Shown: positions 7,547 to 18,640, counted from the first letter of the stretch. The stretch is DNA of 64,000 nt from an uncultured Gemmatimonadales bacterium (GCA_963816355.1 CAWFKH010000005.1:32001-96000), one strand, 5' to 3'. Notes: generated by a model not told the origin, from the sequence alone. Translations and numbers: made by a program.

Positions 7547-10500
7547 TCAGGGATGGGAGCCGGGGTTCGCCCGGACGAGCACCACCGCGGGCACACGCCG
7601 TACCACCACGCCGTCGGGCGTGACCGGCGCGGGGCGGCCGTTCACCGTGGCGCGCCGCGTCCCGCCACCCGCGCCCGCGCCGCCGCCTCGAGCCGCGCCG
7701 CCGCCGCGAGCCGCGCCGCCGCCTCGAGCCGCGCCGCCACCCGGGGCGGCGCCGGCGGCCGGAGCGGCGTCGCCCGCGGCCGGCAGCCGCACCACGATGC
7801 CGCCCGCCGGCACCGTGACGCCGCCCGCGATCGCGACGCGCAGCGCGTCGCCGTCACGGCGCATCGTGTAGCTCAGCGGGCCGTACTCCGTGCGCAGTCC
7901 GTCGACCACGACGCCGCTCCCCTCCGTCCACGCGGGCGCGACGCCGGCGCCGATGACGAGCGCGTGGTCCGCGGGGCGGAGGTAGGCGAGCATGTCGAGC
8001 GCGGAGCGCATGAAGTCGGAGCCGACCCACGCGTGCGGCATGTCGCCGATGAACTTCGGCGTGCGCGCGTCGCGCCACACCACCTCGGGCCACTGGTTCC
8101 ACGCGCGCGGCCGGCGGTCGGCGAGGAAGTAGGCGAGCGCCTCGCGCGCGCGCTCCGGCTCGCCCAGCCGCACGAACGTGCCGACCGTGCGCAGCTCGTA
8201 CGGCGTGTAGGCGTCCCACGGCTTCGCGCCGTCGCGGCGCGCGACGAACTCGCGCCAGTAGCGCTCGAACGTGTTGCGCAGCGCCGGCTCCGGCAGGTTC
8301 GCCAGCTCGCCCACGGGCGCGACGCCGACCGTCGTCGAGGTGGCGTCGAAGTCGCCCAGCTCGACGGAGCCGGGGATGTAGTCGATGCCGTGCAGCGCCA
8401 TCGCGGCGCGCATCGACGCCACGAGGTCGCGGCGGAAGTCGGCCGCCTGCCGCGCGTAGCGGCCGGCGGCATCCCCGCGGCCGGCGCCGCCACCGCCGCC
8501 GCCGGCCGCCTCGCCCATCACGCCCGCCAGGAACGCGGCGTCCTCGAGGCCGCGCAGCGCCCACAGGTCGTCCCAGTACGAGTGCATGGGCTTCGCCGAG
8601 TAGCCCTCGTGGCTGATCGACTCCGGCAGCAGCCCGAAGAACGCGCGCTTCGCCGGCGCCCGGTACTCCGCCGTCATGCGCTGCGCGCGCAGCGTGTCGA
8701 TGTAGTCCGCGGCGCGCGCGACGTACGGCCACACGTCGCGCACGAGAGCGGTGTCGCCCGTGAAGCGGAAGTAGTGTGCGACGAGGTAGACGAACTCGCC
8801 GTTGCTGTCGTTCTCCGGCACCGGCTCCGCGCCGCGCCGGTCGACGCAGCACGGCACCTTGCCGCTCGCGAACTGGTACGGCGCGTACCACTCGATGAAG
8901 CGGCGCACGTCCTCCGGGTGGCCGAGGCGGAGCAGCGCCGCGGAGATCATCGCGCCGTCGCGGATCCACGCGCGAGCGTAGGAGCGCGATCCCGGCTGCA
9001 GCGCGGCGCCGTCCGCGTCGACCAGGATCCACGCCAGGTTGCTGCGCAGCGTCTGCGCGATCGGCCCCGCGGTGTCCGGCAGCGCGATGCGCACGCGGTC
9101 GAGCGACGCGCGCCACCGCCGCGCCGTCGTCGCGAGCAGCGAGTCGACGCGGTCCGCGACGGCCGCGCGCGCGTCCTCCGCCGCGCCGGGGAGCACCGGC
9201 GAGCCTCCGTGCAGCGGCACCGCGAGGGCGATCGTGCGCGCGCCGCGCGGCGGCACCACGAGGTCGTAGGCGAGCGCGGCGGACGCGTGCCGGTGCGGAT
9301 CGACGGCGGCGCCGCCGCCCGGCACCTCGCCGCGCCGCAGCGACGCGATCAGCGGACCGGCGTCGAACGGGATGGCGCCGAAGCCGTCGGGCGGCGTGAG
9401 GAGCACGACGCGCGTGGCGGCGGTGTCGTCGCCCACGCGGACGCGCACCGTGTCGCCGTCGCGGCGGATGGCGCGCACCTCGGCGGCGCCGCCCGGCGTG
9501 TTGAGGAACTGCCACGGCGGGTCGACCTGGAACGGGCGCAGCGCGAGGAGGAGACGCACGCGGTGCGGGCGGGAGTCGTCGTTCTCGACGCGGTAGCGCG
9601 CGTAGAGCGTCGAGGCGCCCTCGTCGCCGGCGGCGAAGGCCGTCGTCACGAGGCGCAGCGCGCCGAAATCGCGCAGCACGGAAGGGATCGGCAGGTCGCC
9701 GTCGCGCAGGCTCTGGCGCGCCTCGCCGTCCGCCCAGGTGAGCAGGCGCCCGTCCACCCACAGGAACGGCTCGATGGAGAACGACGCCTGGCCGGTCTCG
9801 AGCATGCCGTCCTCGTTCAGCAGGCCCTCGCGCCGGTCGTGCGCCGCGCCGACCACGGTCCAGTACGTCTGCTCGCGCGCGAGCCAGCGGGGGTAGTCGC
9901 CGCGCGGCGCGGCGGCGGCGACGGCGAAGAAGAAGGAGTCGGCGGAGGCGCCGAAGCCGGGCGGCCTCACGTCGACCTCGCGCAGCACGTAGGCGCTCGC
10001 GCCGGCGAGCCGGTGGAGCGCGAGGCGGAGGTGGCGGGACTCCGTCTCCGGCAGGCGGATGTAGTCCCTGCCGCCGTTGCCGGCCGCGACGGCGTAGCGC
10101 GTCTCCCAGCGCGCGCCGTCGTCGGAGGTCTGGACGTCGTACGCGGTCGCGTGGCCGGCGCCCCAGTCGAGGACGACGCCGCCGTACTCGCGCTCGCGCA
10201 GGAAGTCGAGCGCCAGCCACTGCTCGCCGCCGCCCGCGCTGCGCCACGCGGTGACGGTGTCGCCGTCGACCGCCGCGGCGGCATCGCCCGCGGCGGAGGA
10301 CGCGGTCGCGCGCGGCGTGAGGTCGTACGGCCGCTCGGGCGGCAGCGGCCGCAGCTCGAGGCGGTCGATCCACACGCTTCCCTTCCCCCCGCTCCCCGCC
10401 GTCACGACGATCTCCAGCGACGCCACGTGCTCCGCCTCGCCGCCACCCGCCGGGCCCCACGCGAACTCGATCTGCCGCTTGCGCGTGACCAGCGTGCGCC

Positions 10501-10948
10501 ACTCCGTCGGGAAGCGGAAGTCGCGGCGGTTGCGCCACCATACGTTGTCGCCGCTCGCGTCGACCAGCTTGAATTCCAGATTCTCGCGCGGCGCGTCGGC
10601 GCGGATGCGGAAGCGGAACTCGTAGTTCGGCGGCAGGTCGAGGTCCACGGCGCGGCGCGCGATCGCGTAGCCGGCGTGGCCGTGGAAGTCGAAGTCCAGC
10701 CGCATCGAGCGGCCCGCCTCGCCGGAGTCGGAGCGGATGTCGAGCGTCACGCCGTCGGACGGGTGCGCGCTCCACGCGGCGACGGTGTCGAAGCGATCGA
10801 TCACGAGCGGCGGCGGCACCGTGTCGGGCGCGGCGGCGGCGGCGGCGCCGGCCGCGGGCTCGCCTGGACCGGCCTCCGGCGCGCGCGACGCGCACGCCGC
10901 GGCGAGCAGCAGCGGCAGCGGGAGGGCGGCGAGCGCGGAAAGCCTCAT
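7547..10948 (-). CDS. Large lipoprotein: galactose-binding/CBM-like domain, discoidin (F5/8 type C) domain, putative (alpha/alpha)6 glycosidase domain
   Basis: Lipobox LAAAC; AAVDGDTVTAWRS...QWLALDF...YDVQTSDDG (discoidin); PGSRSYARAWIRDG, ENDSNGE, LLPESISHEGY. Confidence 0.8.
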   Translation of the reverse strand: MRLSALAALPLPLLLAAACASRAPEAGPGEPAAGAAAAAAPDTVPPPLVIDRFDTVAAWSAHPSDGVTLDIRSDSGEAGRSMRLDFDFHGHAGYAIARRAVDLDLPPNYEFRFRIRADAPRENLEFKLVDASGDNVWWRNRRDFRFPTEWRTLVTRKRQIEFAWGPAGGGEAEHVASLEIVVTAGSGGKGSVWIDRLELRPLPPERPYDLTPRATASSAAGDAAAAVDGDTVTAWRSAGGGEQWLALDFLREREYGGVVLDWGAGHATAYDVQTSDDGARWETRYAVAAGNGGRDYIRLPETESRHLRLALHRLAGASAYVLREVDVRPPGFGASADSFFFAVAAAAPRGDYPRWLAREQTYWTVVGAAHDRREGLLNEDGMLETGQASFSIEPFLWVDGRLLTWADGEARQSLRDGDLPIPSVLRDFGALRLVTTAFAAGDEGASTLYARYRVENDDSRPHRVRLLLALRPFQVDPPWQFLNTPGGAAEVRAIRRDGDTVRVRVGDDTAATRVVLLTPPDGFGAIPFDAGPLIASLRRGEVPGGGAAVDPHRHASAALAYDLVVPPRGARTIALAVPLHGGSPVLPGAAEDARAAVADRVDSLLATTARRWRASLDRVRIALPDTAGPIAQTLRSNLAWILVDADGAALQPGSRSYARAWIRDGAMISAALLRLGHPEDVRRFIEWYAPYQFASGKVPCCVDRRGAEPVPENDSNGEFVYLVAHYFRFTGDTALVRDVWPYVARAADYIDTLRAQRMTAEYRAPAKRAFFGLLPESISHEGYSAKPMHSYWDDLWALRGLEDAAFLAGVMGEAAGGGGGGAGRGDAAGRYARQAADFRRDLVASMRAAMALHGIDYIPGSVELGDFDATSTTVGVAPVGELANLPEPALRNTFERYWREFVARRDGAKPWDAYTPYELRTVGTFVRLGEPERAREALAYFLADRRPRAWNQWPEVVWRDARTPKFIGDMPHAWVGSDFMRSALDMLAYLRPADHALVIGAGVAPAWTEGSGVVVDGLRTEYGPLSYTMRRDGDALRVAIAGGVTVPAGGIVVRLPAAGDAAPAAGAAPGGGAARGGGAARGGGAARGGGAGAGGGTRRATVNGRPAPVTPDGVVVRRVPAVVLVRANPGSHP

Positions 10949-10976
10949 GCGTGCTCCACCGGCGTGCTCACCCGCC

Positions 10977-11820
10977 TCATCCCTTGACGCTCCCCGCCGT
11001 GATCCCCTGCACGTAGTAGCGTTGCAGGAAGAGGAACACGAGGAGGACGGGGAGGATCGTGACGACGGCGCCGGCCATCATCAGCTCGGTGTCCTGCGCG
11101 TGCTCGCCGAGCAGACTGGCGAGCGCGACGGGGAGCGTGTAGCGGCTCTCGTCGCTGAGCACGATGAGGGGCCACATGAAGTCGTTCCACGTGTTGAGGA
11201 ACGTCCAGATGCCGAGCGTGGCGAGGACCGGCTTGATGACGGGCAGCACGATGGAGGTGTAGATGCGCAGCTCGGAGGCGCCGTCGATGCGCGCGGCGGC
11301 GAGCAGGTCATCCGGCAGCGCCACGGTGTACTGCCGGATCAGGAAGATGGCGAAGATGCTCGCCATGCCGGGCACGATCACGCCCCAGTACGTGTTGACC
11401 AGCCCGAGCTGCTTCATCAGCAGGAAGAGCGGCAGCATCGACACCTGCACCGGCACGACGAGGCCGACGCTGAGCGCGCGGAAGAGCCGGTCGCGGCCGC
11501 GGAAGCGCAGCTTGGCGAACGCGTAGCCGGCGAGCGAGTTCACGAAGAGCGCGATCGTCGTCACGGCCAGTCGCGATGATCGTGCTGTTCAGGAAGTAGC
11601 GGCCGAGGCGCAGCCGGGTGAAGAGGTCCGCGTAGTGGGCCAGGGTGAAGTGCGTCGGCACCAGGCGCGGCGGGTAGCTCGTCGCCTCGCCGGTCGGCAT
11701 GAAGGACGCCATCACCATCCACAGCAGCGGCAGCAGCGCCAGCGCGGCGCCGGCGACGAGGATCGCGTGCAGCAGCACGGCGCGCGCGCGACGTCGCACG
11801 CGGGCGTCACGCCACCTCAT
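10977..11820 (-). pseudogene. Carbohydrate ABC transporter permease (MalG-like) with a +1 frameshift near 11569; real or assembly error
   Basis: N-terminus MRWRD...LLWMVMASF...YFLNSTIIAT in one frame, continuing VTTIALFVNSLAGYAFAKLRF...AAARIDGASE in another. Confidence 0.85.
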
Positions 11821-12701
11821 ACGCGCCTGCCGCGCTGCAGGCGCACCTGCACCAGCATCGCCAGGAGCGTCACGACGAAGAGGACGAACGCGATCGAGGC
11901 GGCGTAGCCCATGCGCCACCAGCGGAAGCCCTCCTCGTACATGTAGAGCACCATCGTCGTGGTGCTGCGCACGGGGCCGCCGCGCGTCATGACGTACGGC
12001 TCGGCGAAGACCTGGAAGTAGCCGATCATGGTGACGACGGCGACGAAGAGCGTGGTCGGCGCGAGCAGCGGCAGCGTGACGTGGCGGAAGCGCCAGAACG
12101 CGCCGGCGCCGTCCATCTGCGCCGCTTCGTAGAGCTCGTCCGGGATCGCCTGCAGGCCGGCGATGAAGATCAGCATGTTGTAGCCGAAGTTCTTCCACAC
12201 GGCGAGCAGGATGATGGCCGGCATCGCCCAGTGCGGGTCGCCGAGCCAGTCGATCGGGTGCAGCCCGACCGCCGTCAGGCCGTAGTTGATCAGGCCGTAG
12301 CGCGGGTGATACAGGTAGCGCCACACGATCGCGACGGCGACCAGCGTCGTGACGAACGGCGCGAAGTACGCCGTGCGGAAGAACGTGCGGAAGCGCAGCC
12401 CCTTCGCGTTGAGCAGCAGCGCCGCGCCCAGCGCCACCGCGATCGTCAGCGGCCCGCACACCACCGCGAAGTAGATCGTGTTGCGCAGCGCGACCCAGAA
12501 GTCGTGCGTGCCGAGCAGCCGCGCGTAGTTGGCCAGGCCGACGAAACGCGCGTTCGCCGGGTCGGCGATCGCGTAGATGTCGTAGTCCGTCACGCTCAGG
12601 AAGAGCGACGCCGCGATCGGCAGGAAGAAGAAGACCCCGATCAGTGCCACGGCGGGCGCGACGAACGCCCACCCGGCGCGGCCGGAGCGGTCCTCCCTCA
12701 T
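11817..12701 (-). CDS. Carbohydrate ABC transporter permease (MalF-like)
   Basis: FVGLANY, WKNFGYNMLIFIAGLQAIP, EAAQMDGA (EAA loop); 4-bp overlaps with neighbours. Confidence 0.92.
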   Translation of the reverse strand: MREDRSGRAGWAFVAPAVALIGVFFFLPIAASLFLSVTDYDIYAIADPANARFVGLANYARLLGTHDFWVALRNTIYFAVVCGPLTIAVALGAALLLNAKGLRFRTFFRTAYFAPFVTTLVAVAIVWRYLYHPRYGLINYGLTAVGLHPIDWLGDPHWAMPAIILLAVWKNFGYNMLIFIAGLQAIPDELYEAAQMDGAGAFWRFRHVTLPLLAPTTLFVAVVTMIGYFQVFAEPYVMTRGGPVRSTTTMVLYMYEEGFRWWRMGYAASIAFVLFVVTLLAMLVQVRLQRGRRV

Positions 12702-14131
12702 CGCCCGCGCGCCAGCATCCAGCGGCGCTTGGCGAGCGCCGCGTCGACGTCCTTCTGCAGCGACGCGAGCGCGTCCGGCACCGCGGCGCCGCCCCGGATC
12801 GCCGCCTCCGCGTGCTGCCCCACGAGCTGCGCGATCAACTCCATCTCCGGCACCTTCGGCAGCGGCTCCACGCGCTGGAGCTGCTCCCAGAAGGCGCGCG
12901 CGTAGCGGTCTTCGACGAGCGAGCGGACGCCGGCGCGCCCCGAGTCCGCGGCGGCCCTCGGGCCGGCGGCGACGGCGGAGCCGGGCGCGCCGGCCGCGAG
13001 CGGCGTGCGCCACGCTTCGATGCGCGCCGGCAGGTCGCCGCTCAGCCCGTAGAACGCGAGCTGCGAGCGCGGCCGCGACAGGAACTCGATCAGCCGCCAC
13101 GCCGCGTCCGCCTGCGGCGACGCGCGGAAGACCACGAGGCTCGAGCCGCCGGCGGTCGAGACGCCGGGCGGCTCGCTTCCCGCGGGCGCCGGCAGCGGCG
13201 CCGTCGCCCACGCGTCGCGCAGCGAGTCCGGCAGGCGGCGGCGGAACTCGCCGATGTTCCACGGGCCGGTGATGTACATGGCGAAGCGGCCCCGGGCGAA
13301 CTCCTGGTAGATGTTCGACATCTCCGCGTTCGCGATCGCGGGCGCGTAGCCGCGGCGGAAGAGGTCGACGTAGAAGCTGAAGGCGCGGCGGAAGGCGGGG
13401 TCCAGGAATGCGCCGTAGCGGCCGCCGTCCTTCAGGATCGGCGAGCCGAGCTGCTGCGCCAGCACCACCGGCTGCGTCCACTCGTCGGTCGGCAGGAAGA
13501 TCGGGTAGGCCCCCGGCCCGAGCTGCGCCTTCAGCCGCCGCATCGACTCGACCCACCCGTCCCAGCTCGTGGGGAACGCGTCGAAGCCCGCGCGCGCCAG
13601 CAGGTCCGTGCGGTAGAAGACGAGCCGCGTGTCGACGTACCACGGCACGCCGTAGACGACGCCGCCGATCTCGTTCGTCCGCCAGATGCCGCCGAAGAAG
13701 CCCGCCGAGTCGATCACCGCCGAGCCCGCGATGCGCGCGTCCAGCGGCGCCAGCCCGCCCAGCGCCGCGAACTCCGCCACCCACGTGTTGCCGATCTGCG
13801 CCACGTCCGGCGTCGCGTCGCCGACGAACGCCGTGAGCAGCTTCTCGTGCGCCGCGCTGAACGGGATCCGCTGCAGCCGCACCCGGATCTCCGGGTTCTC
13901 GCGTTCGAACTCGCGCACCAGCGGCTGCACCACCTCGCCTTCCGTGCCCAACGCCCAGAAGTCGAGCGTGACGACGCCGGCCGCCTTCGCGCCCGGCCGC
14001 GCGCAGCCGGCGAGCGCGAGCGCGAGCGCGAGCAGCGCCGGCGGGGCCCCCTGCCGCGCGAGGATCCGCGCCCGCCGCGCCACGCCGGCGGCGCTCCGGC
14101 GTACGGCGAGCGCCGCATCGCGCCGCCTCAC
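12698..14131 (-). CDS. Sugar ABC transporter substrate-binding lipoprotein
   Basis: Lipobox LAGC; FERENPEIRV, PDVAQIG, YGVPWYVDTRLVFYRTDLL, FAMYITGPW. Confidence 0.92.
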   Translation of the reverse strand: MRRRDAALAVRRSAAGVARRARILARQGAPPALLALALALAGCARPGAKAAGVVTLDFWALGTEGEVVQPLVREFERENPEIRVRLQRIPFSAAHEKLLTAFVGDATPDVAQIGNTWVAEFAALGGLAPLDARIAGSAVIDSAGFFGGIWRTNEIGGVVYGVPWYVDTRLVFYRTDLLARAGFDAFPTSWDGWVESMRRLKAQLGPGAYPIFLPTDEWTQPVVLAQQLGSPILKDGGRYGAFLDPAFRRAFSFYVDLFRRGYAPAIANAEMSNIYQEFARGRFAMYITGPWNIGEFRRRLPDSLRDAWATAPLPAPAGSEPPGVSTAGGSSLVVFRASPQADAAWRLIEFLSRPRSQLAFYGLSGDLPARIEAWRTPLAAGAPGSAVAAGPRAAADSGRAGVRSLVEDRYARAFWEQLQRVEPLPKVPEMELIAQLVGQHAEAAIRGGAAVPDALASLQKDVDAALAKRRWMLARGR

Positions 14132-15597
14132 GGCGCGCCGACCGACGCGGTGTCGAGCCAGCCACCGGTGAAGCCGGCGCGGCGCAGGCCGCGCACGATG
14201 TACGGGTTGCGGCGGAGCAGCGACCAGACGAGACCGCTCCTGTAGTTCTCGATCATGGCGAGAATCGGGCCCTGGTCGATGCCGAGGTAGTCGCCGTCGA
14301 ACCAGCCCAGCTCCGGGTCGACCACGCCGGACCTCGCCTCGCCCTGCACCCGCAACGTCGGGTTGAACGCGTCCTTGAAGCCGTACGTGCCGTACAGCTT
14401 GTCGCCGTAGCGCTCGCGCATCGACTGCAGCGCCCGGATCGCGATCTCCGGCGCGAACGCGATCGAGCCGCCGGCCGCCGTCGGCGCCAGCGTGCCGTCG
14501 TCGCGCACCTCCGTGAAGTCCGCGCCGCGCGCGGCGTAGCCCATGAAGGTGCGCGAGCGGCCGTCGATCGAGGCGGTGAAGTCACCGGGGCCGTCGGACG
14601 CGGTGAGCCCCCAGACCTCGGCGTCGTAGCCGCGCCAGCCGCCCGGATTCGCGACGGCGTACGCCTGCTGCGCCAGCGTCGCGCGCCGCGAGTTCTCGAA
14701 GTAGTCGATGCCGTGCGCGCGCATGAAGCCGTCCGCGATGCCGCGGTAGTCGATCCAGATCTGCGAGTATTGATGGCCGAAGAGCGGCGCGAAGCCGAGG
14801 TGCTCCTGACCGTGGAAGGCGCCCCAGCGGTACGTGCTCGTGTAGAACGCCCACGCGCCGTCCTGCGCCGGATGGGTCGGCGAGCCGAGCGCGAGCACGT
14901 AGAGGATCATCGCCTCGTTGTAGCCGCGCCAGTCCATCGCATGAAAGCCCTTTTCCGGCGTCCATGCCATCGCGACGCCGGGCGCGCGCGGCGACGCCCA
15001 CTGCCAGTCCGCGCGGCGGTAGAGCGAGTCGGCGAGCGCGCGGATGCTGTCCTCGGCCGGCATCGCGGCGTCGAAGTACTGCTCGCAGGTGAGGGCGCCG
15101 GCGAGGAGCAGCGCGGTGTCGATCGTGGAGAGCTCGACCGTCTGGAAGCGGCGGCCGCTGTCCAGGTCGAGGAAGTGGTAGAAGAAGCCGTGGTAGCCGG
15201 TCGCGTCCGCCTGCGGCCCCTGCGGCGCCGTCCACAGGAAGCGCAGCGTGGTGAGCACGCGCCGCGCGGCCTCGTCGCGGGAGACCCAGCCGCGCTCCAC
15301 GCCGATCGGGTAGCCGGTCAACGCGAAGCCCACCGCCGCCACGCTCGAGAACGTGCGCGTCGGCCAGCGGTCCGGCGTCAGACCGTTCGCGGCGGGCGTC
15401 CGCTCCCAGAAGAACGCGAACGTGCGGTGCTCGACGTCGTCCAGGAGCGCGGCGGTGTCCGGTGGCGGCGTGCCGTCGATCACCCGGCTGCCGTGGTCGC
15501 AGCCGGCAACGGCCACGCAAGCAGCGGCGACGCACGCGAGCGCGGAGGACAGGAGGCGGGCGGAGTCGAGGGCGAAGGCCGCGCGCGATGATCGCAT
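14128..15597 (-). CDS. Glucoamylase-family (GH144-like) protein, probable endo-beta-1,2-glucanase
   Basis: GLTPDR, SSVAAVGF, HGFFYHFLD, ELSTIDTALL, GYNEAMILYVLALGSP, PLFGHQYS, WGLTASDGP, YGFKDAFN, YLGIDQGP; lipobox VAGC. Confidence 0.85.
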   Translation of the reverse strand: MRSSRAAFALDSARLLSSALACVAAACVAVAGCDHGSRVIDGTPPPDTAALLDDVEHRTFAFFWERTPAANGLTPDRWPTRTFSSVAAVGFALTGYPIGVERGWVSRDEAARRVLTTLRFLWTAPQGPQADATGYHGFFYHFLDLDSGRRFQTVELSTIDTALLLAGALTCEQYFDAAMPAEDSIRALADSLYRRADWQWASPRAPGVAMAWTPEKGFHAMDWRGYNEAMILYVLALGSPTHPAQDGAWAFYTSTYRWGAFHGQEHLGFAPLFGHQYSQIWIDYRGIADGFMRAHGIDYFENSRRATLAQQAYAVANPGGWRGYDAEVWGLTASDGPGDFTASIDGRSRTFMGYAARGADFTEVRDDGTLAPTAAGGSIAFAPEIAIRALQSMRERYGDKLYGTYGFKDAFNPTLRVQGEARSGVVDPELGWFDGDYLGIDQGPILAMIENYRSGLVWSLLRRNPYIVRGLRRAGFTGGWLDTASVGAP

Positions 15598-15682
15598 GGG
15601 CTCCTCGGGCAATACAGGATCCCGAGCCCGGACGGGCGCAAATCGCGCCCGCCGGGCCCGGGGAGTCAACTCCGTTCGAACG

Positions 15683-18640
15683 TTAGAAGTTCGCCTCCGC
15701 GCCAATCTGGAAGCGACGGGCGTCCGACACCAGGCAGGTCGGCCGGCCGAAGTTGTCGGCATTGCGATCGCCCGTCTGGAAGCACCCGAAGTTGGTGTGG
15801 TTCAGCGCGTTGAAGACATCGAGGGTGAGCCCGTATCGCACGTTGCCGCCGAACGGGTAGAGGTCCTTCCGCAGCCGGATGTCCAGGTTCTGGTAGGGGA
15901 ACGTGCCCGGCACCGTGAAGCCGCCCCGTTCGAACCGGTTCGCGTCCGGCCCCGGCGGCGGGCAGAAGCGGGCGGCGCACCCCACGTCCTGCGTGAACTT
16001 GCCGCCGAGCGTGAGGAGGCCGGAAATCCGGATGCCCCACAGGTAGGGCATGTCCGTCACCGCGTTGGCGACAATGCGGTACCGCTCGTCGTTCGCGGGG
16101 TGCCTCGGGATCCCCGCCGTGTTCGGGAAGGCGAAGTCGTCGTTCAGGTTGTCCACGCCCTTGACCTCGCGCCAGGCGTACGTGAGTGCGAGACCCGCAC
16201 CCCAACCGAACTTGCTGCTCGCGCCCCGTGTGTACGGCCGCTGAATCTTTCCTTCCAGCCCCTTGTACCACGTTTCTTTGTCGTTGGTCGCGAAGATGAA
16301 GTTGCTGAAGCCGTGTGGGCCGAGGTCGAAGGAGGTGCAGCAGCTTCCGTTCGCGTTGAGACCGAAGTTGGCCCACTCGAGGATCGGCAGGTCCATGCCG
16401 TGCACGTATGAGTAGTTGAGCGTCACCAGGGTGCCGAGCACCGCCTGGCGCACTCCCACGCTCGCCTGAACCGAGCGTGGCGGCTTCAGATCGTTCGGTA
16501 TGAACCAGGCCTCCGGCTTGCCGCTGGTGTGGACGAGCTGGTCGAGCACGGAACGATCCGCCGTGAGATAGGACGGGTTCCACGCCACCTGGCTGCCGGT
16601 CGGGGTCTCGCCCGGCTTCGCGAACGTAACGGAGAAGACCGGATGACTGATCTTCTGCACCGGCTCCACGCCGTACAGGTCGAATGGGATGCGGTCGTAG
16701 TACAGCCCCCATCCGCCGAAGATCGTGGTCCGCTGCTTCTTGTCCACCGCGTACGAGAAGCCGAGGCGCGGCTGAACCGCGCCGTAGAAGATCGCGTTCT
16801 TGCCGGTCCGGATGTAGCGATTCAGATCGAGCGGCGTGATCAGCTGGCTGTTGTACATCCGCAGCGTGTCCTGGACGAACTGCGGCGTCGAGTAGTCCGA
16901 ATTCAGCATGTTCGTCTCGACGTCCCAGCGCACCCCCAGGTTGAGGGTGAGCCGCTCGACCGGCGTCCAGTCGTCCTGTGCATAAAGACCGAACTGCGTG
17001 TTGTTCGCGTTCAGGTTCGGATCGCCCGTTCCGTATTCGAGCAGGTACGGCGTGGCGTAATCGTACGCCTCGTTGAAGTGGAACAGAGGCGTTCCACTGT
17101 TGTCCTTGACGATGTCGTACTTCACGAAATCGGCGCTGCCGCCCACTTTGAAGACGTGCTGCCCGCCCACGCCGTCGAGCGAGTAAGTGAAGTCGTTGCG
17201 CAGCCCGACGGAGCTCTGGATGAAGTCCTGCGTGCTGCGCGCGCTGCCCAGGACGACGTTGCCGCCCGGGATCTCGTACTGCCGCTCCGGCAGACCCGGC
17301 TCGTTCGGGCTCGGATGGCGGCGCCACCGCGTGTAGGAAAGCTTCGCCTCGTCGAGGACTGCACCCTGCGCGTACGTGTAGCCGAGCTGTCCGACGCTCA
17401 CATCCTGGCGGTAGTTGTTCGCCGCAGTGAATGCCGTGGTGCCGCCGAAGTCGCGGATGTCCGTTTCGTGGCGGTTGTTGAAGCTAAGCTCGAAGGTCGA
17501 CTTCGGGCTCGCGGAGTAATCCACCTTGCCGAAGAACAGGTTCTCGCGGAACGGAGAGGTGAAGGACCCCAGGAACTGGCTGAAGTCCACCGCATCGAGC
17601 GCCGGGAAGCCGGTCGGGATCGTCGGGAAGTTCACCAGGCTCGCGCGATTCTGATAGTTCCCTTCGTACGACACAAAGATGTGCGCCTTGTCCTTCACCA
17701 ACGGTCCACCGAGGCTGAGCGCAGTGAGCGTACGCGAGTAGTCCGGCTTCTTGAACGTGCCCGGATTGGCCTCCTTCTGCGCCATCTGGAACGTGTCGAG
17801 CTGAACCATGCTCTTGTTCTGAAAGCCCACCAGCGCATTGCCGGACCAGACGTTGCCGCCCGATTTCGTGGTCGCCGTGATGATGGCGCTCGAAGCCTTC
17901 TGGTACTCCGCCTTGTAGTTCTGGGTGATGATCCGGTACTCCTGGATCGCGTTGCGCGGGAACGGGTTGCCGCGGCTCGCATCCTGCCCCGCTACGCCCC
18001 CGGCCGTCAGGTCGTTCTTGAGGCTCGTCCCGTCGATGAAGACATTCACCCGATTCGGGCTCTGCCCGTTCGCCGAAAACGTCCGGAACTGCGTCGCGTT
18101 CACGCGGTCCTCCGTCACCGTCACGCCCGGCGTGAGCGCCGCGAGATCGAGGAAGTTCCGCGTCGGCGTCGGAAGCTGCTCGATCTGGACCGGTGCGACG
18201 TTGGTGGCGATCTCCGACGTGCGCGTTTCGACGGCGCGCTCTCCGGTCACCGTGATGCCCTCGAGCGCGATCGCTTCCGTCGTGAGCTGAAAGTTGGCGA
18301 TCAGGCTCTGTCCGATGAGGACCTGCAACGTCCGCGTAGCCGACCGGTTGCCGACTGAACTCACGGAAAGGCGATACGTACCGGGTCGCAAACCCAGCAG
18401 CGCATAAGCGCCGCTCTGACCGGCTACGGCTTGCCGCGTGTAGCCGCTCGCAGTGTCCACCGCGGTGATCACCGCCGCAGGCAACCCTGCCCCCGACTGA
18501 TCCCGCACCGTTCCTCGGATTGTCGCCGTGCTCGTCTGCGCCGCGGCCGGCAGCGCAACGGACAGCCCCATGGCCGCGCACGCCAGCGCCGCACGCGCCA
18601 GCGTCGCCAGCCGGTGTCGCATGATGCCTCGCGTCCTCAT
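15683..18640 (-). CDS. TonB-dependent receptor (Oar-like, with carboxypeptidase-regulatory N-domain)
   Basis: Signal peptide; [33 protein letters not shown]...[11 protein letters not shown]-terminal IGAEANF. Confidence 0.92.
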   Translation of the reverse strand: MRTRGIMRHRLATLARAALACAAMGLSVALPAAAQTSTATIRGTVRDQSGAGLPAAVITAVDTASGYTRQAVAGQSGAYALLGLRPGTYRLSVSSVGNRSATRTLQVLIGQSLIANFQLTTEAIALEGITVTGERAVETRTSEIATNVAPVQIEQLPTPTRNFLDLAALTPGVTVTEDRVNATQFRTFSANGQSPNRVNVFIDGTSLKNDLTAGGVAGQDASRGNPFPRNAIQEYRIITQNYKAEYQKASSAIITATTKSGGNVWSGNALVGFQNKSMVQLDTFQMAQKEANPGTFKKPDYSRTLTALSLGGPLVKDKAHIFVSYEGNYQNRASLVNFPTIPTGFPALDAVDFSQFLGSFTSPFRENLFFGKVDYSASPKSTFELSFNNRHETDIRDFGGTTAFTAANNYRQDVSVGQLGYTYAQGAVLDEAKLSYTRWRRHPSPNEPGLPERQYEIPGGNVVLGSARSTQDFIQSSVGLRNDFTYSLDGVGGQHVFKVGGSADFVKYDIVKDNSGTPLFHFNEAYDYATPYLLEYGTGDPNLNANNTQFGLYAQDDWTPVERLTLNLGVRWDVETNMLNSDYSTPQFVQDTLRMYNSQLITPLDLNRYIRTGKNAIFYGAVQPRLGFSYAVDKKQRTTIFGGWGLYYDRIPFDLYGVEPVQKISHPVFSVTFAKPGETPTGSQVAWNPSYLTADRSVLDQLVHTSGKPEAWFIPNDLKPPRSVQASVGVRQAVLGTLVTLNYSYVHGMDLPILEWANFGLNANGSCCTSFDLGPHGFSNFIFATNDKETWYKGLEGKIQRPYTRGASSKFGWGAGLALTYAWREVKGVDNLNDDFAFPNTAGIPRHPANDERYRIVANAVTDMPYLWGIRISGLLTLGGKFTQDVGCAARFCPPPGPDANRFERGGFTVPGTFPYQNLDIRLRKDLYPFGGNVRYGLTLDVFNALNHTNFGCFQTGDRNADNFGRPTCLVSDARRFQIGAEANF

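Noticed and set aside
11555..11585. Programmed ribosomal frameshifting in the permease or the M1 peptidase
   Set aside because: No slippery sequence or stimulatory structure is evident; indel error or mutation is simpler
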